From the sequence record NC_013585.1: a stretch of 24,186 nucleotides of DNA, one strand, 5' to 3'. Positions 8,981-15,541 of this stretch are shown one piece after another. How positions within the stretch are numbered: position 1 is the stretch's first letter; the number at the start of each line of letters is the position of its first letter. Made by a program: the position numbers and the translations under genes. The notes beneath the pieces were generated by a model. That model ran no database searches and had not been told where the DNA came from. It saw nothing but the letters and a program-made list of their open reading frames with translations.

Positions 8981-9324
8981 GTTTATTTACATCAATAGAG
9001 ACTCACGGTATCGTTGTAAGGAAGCATATAAATTGGGATTATGTAGGTATTGCCATTACGACTATAGGTACTATAGTCGTCTTCAAAGATACAGACTGGT
9101 CATATTACGGTGTTTATTCACCGTTTAAGGGTAGGTATCATATTCATATGCCTTTTACTGACATTGTAATATTTGATGATAAAAGTAAGGATGTGCTAAA
9201 CGAAGTATGGGGATGTCTTCATTTTGCAGAATGTTATATCGAAAAAGGGGTAGTGTATAGTATAAACAAGTTTAGAATGAGGAGTTTTATTCCGTTTGGA
9301 GTTCATACAACAACCAAACTTTAA
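8965..9324 (+). CDS. Hypothetical 119-aa protein
   Basis: Overlaps the end of the AAA+ gene; aromatic and beta-rich; no recognised family. Confidence 0.6.
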   Translation: MESALSLFTSIETHGIVVRKHINWDYVGIAITTIGTIVVFKDTDWSYYGVYSPFKGRYHIHMPFTDIVIFDDKSKDVLNEVWGCLHFAECYIEKGVVYSINKFRMRSFIPFGVHTTTKL

Positions 9325-9477
9325 TATTTTTATATCATAAGATAGGTACTACGTATTATGTTTTTTATAGTAATACCATGTCTAAAGATGAAAAATACAT
9401 AATCTTACTAACATTAGGGTAATACTACCATCTACATTAGTTATAGTTTAAAATAAAGAAGTGTATTAAAAAAATAG

Positions 9478-9786
9478 GTGGTTGCATTTAATTGGGTTAA
9501 AGAGAACCTAGTATTAGGTAGTATAGTGAGGTTAAAAAAACTTATTGAAGATGAGGATATAGAAATAGCAAAAAAGGAGGCTAGACGTTATAAACTGAAG
9601 CTCTGTGATTGGTCTAGAAATGAGTGGTGGTTTCATCAATGGCATAGTGTTTTCGAAATTGTAGAATTTGATTTACGGCGAGATCTTATAGATTCGGCGT
9701 ATGAGATGTTAGAGCAGGCTGAGTTTCAACTTTCAATAACTGAGCCAAGTTTTTCTAAGGTATCTGTTAAACAGAGTAAAGCCTGA
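9478..9786 (+). CDS. Hypothetical 102-aa protein
   Basis: Open frame after an AT-rich spacer; start uncertain; last 61 nt overlap the convergent wHTH gene. Confidence 0.5.
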   Translation: MVAFNWVKENLVLGSIVRLKKLIEDEDIEIAKKEARRYKLKLCDWSRNEWWFHQWHSVFEIVEFDLRRDLIDSAYEMLEQAEFQLSITEPSFSKVSVKQSKA

Positions 9787-10013
9787 GCTATTTGCTGACC
9801 TTTTTCTGTTAGATAAAGTCTTTTCTTTTTTATTCTGCCTTCTTGTTCTTCTTTTTCTTCTATAAAGCCATCATTAACTAATTCTTCTTTGGTTTTGTAA
9901 AATGTATTCGGAGCAAGAGTTGAGTATTTTAACGCTTCATTTACTGTGCATCCTTCGTGTAAGAAAATCGCTCTAATAACTAATGCGTGATTTGTAATGA
10001 AATTACTTTTCAT
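9726..10013 (-). CDS. MarR/PadR-like winged-helix protein, SSV1 F93-like
   Basis: NTFYKTKEELVNDGFIEE...KRLYLTEKGQQIA wHTH signature. Confidence 0.85.
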   Translation of the reverse strand: MKSNFITNHALVIRAIFLHEGCTVNEALKYSTLAPNTFYKTKEELVNDGFIEEKEEQEGRIKKKRLYLTEKGQQIAQALLCLTDTLEKLGSVIES

Positions 10014-10056
10014 AGTTTGTATTTTGTATGAGAACCTATTTAGGGATACGCGATAT

Positions 10057-10126
10057 TAGTACAAAGTTTGTACACAGTAATGCTTAAATACTACAAAGTA
10101 CAAACATTATACTGAGAAAGATGGAA
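10057..10126 (+). promoter_or_regulatory. Early (T6-like) promoter copy B (70-bp direct repeat)
   Basis: 66/70 identical to 4304-4373; contains the palindrome GTACAAA-G-TTTGTAC and tandem TACAAAG-TACAAAC after the TATA box. Confidence 0.85.
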
Positions 10127-10411
10127 GTTCCAGAAGAAAAGTTTAAAGAAAAAATAGTTAATCAAAATAGTATTTTTTTCGTTATAACAAATAGTAAAGA
10201 TTCAATGACAAACTATATACATTTAACTGTTGAAGAAAACGGTGAAAAAGTAATAAACGACAAGCGATTTATTGATGAGGGTATAGAGTTCGAAACAGTA
10301 ATACAGAAACTAGAGTTATTATATAAACTAAATGCTGATATGATATCTCAAGAAGAAATAAGGAAAGAACTATACGCAACGATAGCGAAGTTATTATCCT
10401 TTTTCATGTGA
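10121..10411 (+). CDS. SSV1 A100-like protein
   Basis: QNSIFFVIT...YIHL...[16 protein letters not shown] resembles A100; first gene of the T6-like operon. Confidence 0.8.
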   Translation: MEVPEEKFKEKIVNQNSIFFVITNSKDSMTNYIHLTVEENGEKVINDKRFIDEGIEFETVIQKLELLYKLNADMISQEEIRKELYATIAKLLSFFM

Positions 10412-10424
10412 TGGGTGGCGGAAA

Positions 10425-10604
10425 ATGAGAGTTATTACATTTAAAGCAGAAGAAGACCTATTAGAACTATTAGATAGATATGCAGCAAAACATGGGATAT
10501 ACAGAAGCGAAGCTATACGAAAAGCAATAGAAAAAATGGTAGAGGACGAAGTTAAAAAAGAAACTGTACCAACGGCAAAAATCGAAAAGGGGCAAAGGTT
10601 ATGA
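10425..10604 (+). CDS. 59-aa RHH/CopG protein, SSV1 C80-like (not in ORF track)
   Basis: Hand-translated [59 protein letters not shown]; GGGTGG RBS. Confidence 0.88.
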   Translation: MRVITFKAEEDLLELLDRYAAKHGIYRSEAIRKAIEKMVEDEVKKETVPTAKIEKGQRL

Positions 10605-10753
10605 AAAGCAGAAAGGAAAGAATATATTGGTGCAAACTATGCGGGTTTACTGCGACTTCGATAGAAGAACTAGAATTCCATACCGAAATGGCCCATGAGA
10701 GTGATGACTCAATTCTTGATGACGATTGGGTTAGCGAAAGGGATGTGTGGTAA
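10601..10753 (+). CDS. 50-aa C2H2 zinc-finger protein with acidic tail (not in ORF track)
   Basis: Hand-translated [50 protein letters not shown]; ATGA overlap with the upstream stop. Confidence 0.8.
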   Translation: MKSRKERIYWCKLCGFTATSIEELEFHTEMAHESDDSILDDDWVSERDVW

Positions 10754-10754
10754 A

Positions 10755-11024
10755 ATGTACAAATGCCCTATTTGCAACTATACGACTAACACAATATGGG
10801 GGTTAAAGAGTCACATTACAAAGAGTCATACTTTCGACAGATGCCCGGCATGCGGGCAGGCAATAAATGGGAAAAGTGACATACGGTTGAAGGAGGGACT
10901 ACTAACCCATCTATGGAATAACAAAAATGATCCACAGCACCGCCTTTGGTGGTTTTTGCTGAGGTCCTCACACAATAACCGAAAGACGTTTGACGATCAG
11001 ATAAGGGGATTGCTAAGTGTTTAA
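10755..11024 (+). CDS. A79-like double zinc-finger protein, paralog 1
   Basis: MYKCPIC...H...H then CPACG...H...H; ATG10755 directly follows the stop of the 50-aa gene. Confidence 0.85.
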   Translation: MYKCPICNYTTNTIWGLKSHITKSHTFDRCPACGQAINGKSDIRLKEGLLTHLWNNKNDPQHRLWWFLLRSSHNNRKTFDDQIRGLLSV

Positions 11025-11292
11025 GTGTCCAGTTTGTGAATTTGAGACTACTACGATCTTCAACATTAAGAGGCATGTGAGGATGCATGACTTTGACAGG
11101 TGCCCCGTTTGCGGGCAAAAACTAAATGGCAATAGCCCCCAACAGAGGAAACTCGCATTAACGTCCCATTGTGCCCATTTCGATGACGCTGACCACCTTT
11201 TTTGGTGGTGGTTAGTTAGGTCAAGTCACGATGGAAGTAACCCATTCCCTATGTATCTCAGAAAGCAACTGAAGAGGCGGTTAGAATGTTAG
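11017..11292 (+). CDS. A79-like double zinc-finger protein, paralog 2
   Basis: MFKCPVC...H..H, CPVCG; shares FDRCPxCGQ and WWxLxRSSH with paralog 1. Confidence 0.85.
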   Translation: MFKCPVCEFETTTIFNIKRHVRMHDFDRCPVCGQKLNGNSPQQRKLALTSHCAHFDDADHLFWWWLVRSSHDGSNPFPMYLRKQLKRRLEC

Positions 11293-11591
11293 ATATTATT
11301 ATTTCGTTTTACGGTTTTCAGTTTAATGATTTTACAACCACACTTGTAGGGTTAAGAATGGGAGCCAGAGAAGGGAATGTCTTAGCTAGGGCATTCACTA
11401 GAAGTTTGCCAATATTCGTTCTATACAAATTTGGTCTTTCTACCTTTCTTCTGTTGTTCCTATTACTTACTTCTGCAGACTGGATAATGGTTTTCCATTT
11501 CTCACCGATGTGGGTAATATACGGTGATACAGTTCTTGAAGGTGCTGTAACATGTTCAAACATTTACACAATATGGAGGGTGAAAAAATGA
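11286..11591 (+). CDS. SSV1 C102a-like membrane protein
   Basis: FYGFQFNDFTTTLVGL...EGN..AR...YKFGL matches the C102a family. Confidence 0.82.
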   Translation: MLDIIISFYGFQFNDFTTTLVGLRMGAREGNVLARAFTRSLPIFVLYKFGLSTFLLLFLLLTSADWIMVFHFSPMWVIYGDTVLEGAVTCSNIYTIWRVKK

Positions 11592-11965
11592 CGGAGTCAG
11601 GTACTAAAAAGTACCTGAGTAACCATAAGGGTATAATGATTCATGTATCATTGGAGGAATTAACGCGTTACCATTCTCTACGGCCGGAGCAGAAACGGTT
11701 AATACGGGCTTTCGTGAAAATGCTGATCTATTACCCCCAACTACTTGATGAAAGCTCCTATCTTTACAAATTGCTTACTGTAAAAGCTGTATCGCCTTAC
11801 GTCTGTCCCCTTTGCTTAACGCCGTTTCACTCTTTCGCCTCTCTCAAACAGCACATTCGTTACGCTGAGCATACAACGACATGCCCGGTGTGCAAAAAGC
11901 AGTTCCAAAAGACTGATACGTTATTAGACCATGTGTGTAAGAAGCACAATATTTGCGTGAGTTAA
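11588..11965 (+). CDS. B129-like C2H2 zinc-finger DNA-binding protein, copy 1
   Basis: KKYLSNHKGI...EQKRLIR...CPLC...HIRY.EH...CPVC...HVCKKHNICVS; GGAGGGTGA RBS before ATG11588. Confidence 0.92.
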   Translation: MTESGTKKYLSNHKGIMIHVSLEELTRYHSLRPEQKRLIRAFVKMLIYYPQLLDESSYLYKLLTVKAVSPYVCPLCLTPFHSFASLKQHIRYAEHTTTCPVCKKQFQKTDTLLDHVCKKHNICVS

Positions 11966-12001
11966 CCCTTTTTTAAAAACTCACTCTCTTTTTATTTAAT
12001 T

Positions 12002-12190
12002 ATGAGAAGGAAATGGGTCATTTTTTCGAGAGACTCTTACGGTGATATCGTTTATTTGAAAATAACAGAGAAGCAGTCTACTGCACGCAAATATTATGCT
12101 GAGTGTCAGCAATTTTTTGGGGAAATCTGCGTTATGGAATTAGGGGAGTTCTATACTCTTGATGAGGCTGAAGAATTAGACTCCTTTTAA
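12002..12190 (+). CDS. Hypothetical 62-aa protein
   Basis: Own TATA box (11971-11978) 31 nt upstream; leaderless ATG; acidic C-terminus. Confidence 0.7.
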   Translation: MRRKWVIFSRDSYGDIVYLKITEKQSTARKYYAECQQFFGEICVMELGEFYTLDEAEELDSF

Positions 12191-12213
12191 ACCCATTCTC
12201 TTTTTTATGCCTA

Positions 12214-13044
12214 ATGAAGAAGGAACTGTTAGTATTAGGGATTTTAAGCGTGTTCTTAATACCAATGTTAATGCCCCTAAGCAATGCATACGAAATATAC
12301 AATCCTCCCAGTCCTGGTGGCCCTACATTTTACCCGATTCTCATTGAGAATGACGCCGGTTATGCATATAACCTGACTAGGATAACTTTCGTATCAACAC
12401 TCGTGAACCTGACGGGGACATTTAAATATAACAGCAGTGAAGGAGGGACACAATATGTAGACTACTATATTGCTTTAGGGCAAATTGTACCTAACGAACA
12501 ATATGGGGCTTATTATATACAACCAGTTATTATATTTGCTGCTGATGGAAACGTATGGATTCTTGATTGGCAAGTTCAGGCATGGGGTAATAACTCCGGC
12601 AATCCTTATAAAGAGTATAGTACTTATGATACTATTACCGATGGTTCAGGTTCGTCAGCAAACCTTAACTGCCTCTTCAATTTAACAATTAAAGCAACAC
12701 TGAATAGCCAAGGCCAGATAACTAGTGCATGGGTCTATATTGCAAACGCTAAGACCGGTCAAGTATACTTTAGTCAGACTATAAACCTACAATATCTGAT
12801 ACCCGATAAACAAGTCTTCTTTGAGGTTGAAGACCCGCTATCTGGGAATGCACCGGCTAATTTTCCAGTTATTCCTTCAAGTAACTACATATTTGTTAAT
12901 GCATTAGCATCAAATAGCACAGCTATATTTAACGGACTTCCACTTTATAACGGTGTAGGATTTGTGATGGGACCACCAAAAGCAACGGCGTGTGCAATAC
13001 CAACGTTTGGTACTGGTACTCAAGGAGTCCTCTATTACGGGTGA
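12214..13044 (+). CDS. Secreted beta-rich (glyco)protein at the SSV1 A291 / T3 toxin locus
   Basis: Signal peptide MKKELLVLGILSVFLIPMLMPLSNA; several N-x-S/T sequons; no C-terminal anchor; own leaderless promoter. Confidence 0.75.
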   Translation: MKKELLVLGILSVFLIPMLMPLSNAYEIYNPPSPGGPTFYPILIENDAGYAYNLTRITFVSTLVNLTGTFKYNSSEGGTQYVDYYIALGQIVPNEQYGAYYIQPVIIFAADGNVWILDWQVQAWGNNSGNPYKEYSTYDTITDGSGSSANLNCLFNLTIKATLNSQGQITSAWVYIANAKTGQVYFSQTINLQYLIPDKQVFFEVEDPLSGNAPANFPVIPSSNYIFVNALASNSTAIFNGLPLYNGVGFVMGPPKATACAIPTFGTGTQGVLYYG

Positions 13045-13081
13045 ATAAATTTATATAAGCTAACATTTCTTTTTTACTCTA

Positions 13082-13402
13082 ATGAGAAAGATAATTTTAC
13101 CTATACTAATAATAGCACTAGTACTTTTCGGTATATCATTCTATCTACAATCAATAGACCATTCCACAAAGGTTATAGTAACTAAAAATATACAAACAAC
13201 TACTACAAATATTAATATAACTCAAGAAATCATAGAGCTAAATAAGTCTATTTCGCAACTAACCCCCTTTCCTGTTAACGAGAGTCCTACACAAACTTTA
13301 TCTACCACTTCACAAATATATGTTCAGTACGCCCCAGAAATTGTGATAGTGATATTGCTAATCCTTCTAGGACTTTTATACAAGAGACGTTCAAAGAAAT
13401 AG
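13082..13402 (+). CDS. Two-TM membrane protein with YVQYAPE motif (C124 position, candidate immunity protein)
   Basis: N-terminal signal anchor, Thr-rich linker, YVQYAPE followed by a TM helix and basic tail. Confidence 0.75.
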   Translation: MRKIILPILIIALVLFGISFYLQSIDHSTKVIVTKNIQTTTTNINITQEIIELNKSISQLTPFPVNESPTQTLSTTSQIYVQYAPEIVIVILLILLGLLYKRRSKK

Positions 13403-13437
13403 TCCCTTTTAAAACCCTTTCCTCTTTCTTCATCTAA

Positions 13438-13527
13438 ATGAAGTACCTATTAGTCTTCTTTATACTCTTCCTATCAATTTTTTCATCATCGTCTTTAGAG
13501 AAGTTCAGGAGGTTGGAAAATGCCTGA
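13438..13527 (+). CDS. 29-aa hydrophobic leader peptide (not in ORF track)
   Basis: MKYLLVFFILFLSIFSSSSLEKFRRLENA; ATG 31 nt after TTTTAAAA; overlaps the RBS and start of B129 copy 2. Confidence 0.45.
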   Translation: MKYLLVFFILFLSIFSSSSLEKFRRLENA

Positions 13528-13897
13528 TATCAAAAAATATCAGGTCAGTCACGGTAAAGAGAATAAAGGGGTATTCTTCCACCTTAGCAGTGAAGAATAC
13601 GAAATTTACAAGAATCTACCTGAAGAACAGAAGAGGGCCTTAAGGCTTCTCATAAAAACGTTAATAAGGAACCCTAACCTACTTAACGATAACTTAGTTA
13701 AATATGCTATGTTAAAATCAATAAATACATTCACTTGTCCTATCTGTTTAATGCCTTTCTCTTCCTATAAGGGTTTAATTGAACATATTAGGTATACTAC
13801 TCATAACCTTAAGTGTCGTTATTGCGGTAAAACATTCACGAGTCAAGACGCGTTATTAGACCATATTTGTAAAAAACATAATATTTGTGTGAGTTAG
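13520..13897 (+). CDS. B129-like zinc-finger protein, copy 2
   Basis: EQKRALR...CPIC...HIRY.TH...CRYC...HICKKHNICVS; AGGAGGT RBS. Confidence 0.9.
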   Translation: MPDIKKYQVSHGKENKGVFFHLSSEEYEIYKNLPEEQKRALRLLIKTLIRNPNLLNDNLVKYAMLKSINTFTCPICLMPFSSYKGLIEHIRYTTHNLKCRYCGKTFTSQDALLDHICKKHNICVS

Positions 13898-13949
13898 TAG
13901 TTTTTCTGCCATTTAAAAAACTACGGAATTCGGTAAAAACAGAACTGAA

Positions 13950-15053
13950 ATGAAGTCATTAATCTCTCTAGCCGTATTAGCCGTATTCGTAATATCCCTT
14001 ATACCAATGCCAATATCAATAATACCATCGGTATTAACAACGGCTCAAAGCAGTTCTGAATATGATTGGGCCATATCAGCATATAACTCTAACCTAGCCG
14101 GGTACAGCTCCTACGAAGTCTATTTTACTAATTTCTCTTACTTTAAACTAAACAATACTGGCTTTTATTCAATAGCCGAAATGTTTAACCTACCGTTAAA
14201 TGCTACGGGGACGTTCACAATTAATGGCAGTACTTATAACTTTAATGAAGTTATTGCCCAAATGGCTTTACTAGATTGCGGAGGAACATTTTGTCTAGAT
14301 GTTAACTTTATACTTATGGGCCCTTACGGACCTTTGTTGACACTTGTACCTCTAGAGTCTATATCATACAACCCACAAAACAATTTCATAATTACTACAT
14401 GTAGTAGTGGCAATACCTGGTATGCAACTTTCAGCACGGAGGGACAAAGCGAAAGTTTCCCAGATTTTCCAATATACCCTGGTGGTGTTATTACCAATAC
14501 TAAAGCTGATGGTTATCCAGTTACGATAAAATTTAATACTGTACCTAAGATAGCTGTGCCCTTTTATTATAATGGTTATATAACATATCCTGATGTCGCG
14601 TTTGAAGTTCATGCACCTTCTCAGACAAGCTTTGTAGATGCTAATCCTTATTTTGTGGTATTATTCAAACTATATATAAGCAATGAACTTTATAACTCAG
14701 AACTTTATAACTCAGCATGGAGTGGACAGAACTTAATATCTGCAGATTCAGCGTCTCTTAGTGACGACAATGGTACAATGATTGGTGTATGTGCACCTCC
14801 AAGCGATATTGCATGGGGTGCAGATGAATACATATATACCTATTCCTACCATAATGGTCTAGGTTACAGAGAGTATACATATTGGTTTGACGTCTCTTAT
14901 TGGTTGTTAGGAACTCAAAATGGGATTAAGGCTTTTGCTGGTCTTAACGGTCTTCCATTAAATGACCCTCAAAACGGTAATTTTGTTAATTTAATAACGA
15001 GCCCTCAGCAATACATTGCATTGCCTTCCTATACGTACTCTAGCACTGGATAA
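13950..15053 (+). CDS. Secreted beta-rich (glyco)protein, second T3-like slot
   Basis: N-terminal signal peptide; aromatic/Asn/Ser-rich; sequons; no anchor; same context as 12214-13044. Confidence 0.72.
   Translation: MKSLISLAVLAVFVISLIPMPISIIPSVLTTAQSSSEYDWAISAYNSNLAGYSSYEVYFTNFSYFKLNNTGFYSIAEMFNLPLNATGTFTINGSTYNFNEVIAQMALLDCGGTFCLDVNFILMGPYGPLLTLVPLESISYNPQNNFIITTCSSGNTWYATFSTEGQSESFPDFPIYPGGVITNTKADGYPVTIKFNTVPKIAVPFYYNGYITYPDVAFEVHAPSQTSFVDANPYFVVLFKLYISNELYNSELYNSAWSGQNLISADSASLSDDNGTMIGVCAPPSDIAWGADEYIYTYSYHNGLGYREYTYWFDVSYWLLGTQNGIKAFAGLNGLPLNDPQNGNFVNLITSPQQYIALPSYTYSSTG
14685..14715 (+). repeat. In-frame 15-bp tandem duplication (ELYNS x2)
   Basis: GAACTTTATAACTCA repeated twice exactly, followed by G. 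Confidence 0.9.
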
Positions 15054-15092
15054 CGAAAAATTTTATAAAGTTATAATGATTTTTTCCTTCTT

Positions 15093-15506
15093 ATGAAAAA
15101 GTTAAAAGTGTTCAGCATAGTTCTAACTGTTGTTTCAGCAATATTTTTAGGGTATTCTTTATATCTTCATCGGAATTACGCTAAAGTGAATGATAAAGCA
15201 ATAGCTATCGGCAACATGTATACTAAGTTGGATCCTACATATACGAAGTATTTTTCTTCCCCGCCCCCGTCCTCACCTTGGTACATTCAATATGCCCCGG
15301 ACTTAATTCTTCTAGCGGGGATTACAAGCGTCATTCTAGCTTTTTACCTATCCCCTGGGCTTAGAAACGGTTTCAAGACCTTGATCAACAAGTATCGTAA
15401 ACTAATAGATGATAAAAAAATTATGAAAATGATTAATGCAATGATTAATGTAATAAAGGAGTTTATATGGTTGTTAATAGACCATTTAAGTCCAATCTTG
15501 GAATAG
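15093..15506 (+). CDS. Two-TM membrane protein with YIQYAPD motif (paralog of 13082-13402)
   Basis: Signal anchor, SSPPPSSP linker, YIQYAPD followed by a TM helix; own TATA box at 15062. Confidence 0.75.
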   Translation: MKKLKVFSIVLTVVSAIFLGYSLYLHRNYAKVNDKAIAIGNMYTKLDPTYTKYFSSPPPSSPWYIQYAPDLILLAGITSVILAFYLSPGLRNGFKTLINKYRKLIDDKKIMKMINAMINVIKEFIWLLIDHLSPILE

Positions 15507-15541
15507 GCTCTTTATAAAATCATTCTCTTTTTTGCCCTTTA

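Noticed and set aside
10816-11563. Minus-strand ORFs 10816-11118 and 11318-11563
   Set aside because: Antisense to conserved zinc-finger and C102a-like genes.
5065-11587. Track start sites 5065, 5276, 10695 and 11552
   Set aside because: Downstream ATGs (5101, 5297, 10755, 11588) have RBSs or coupling and avoid long overlaps.
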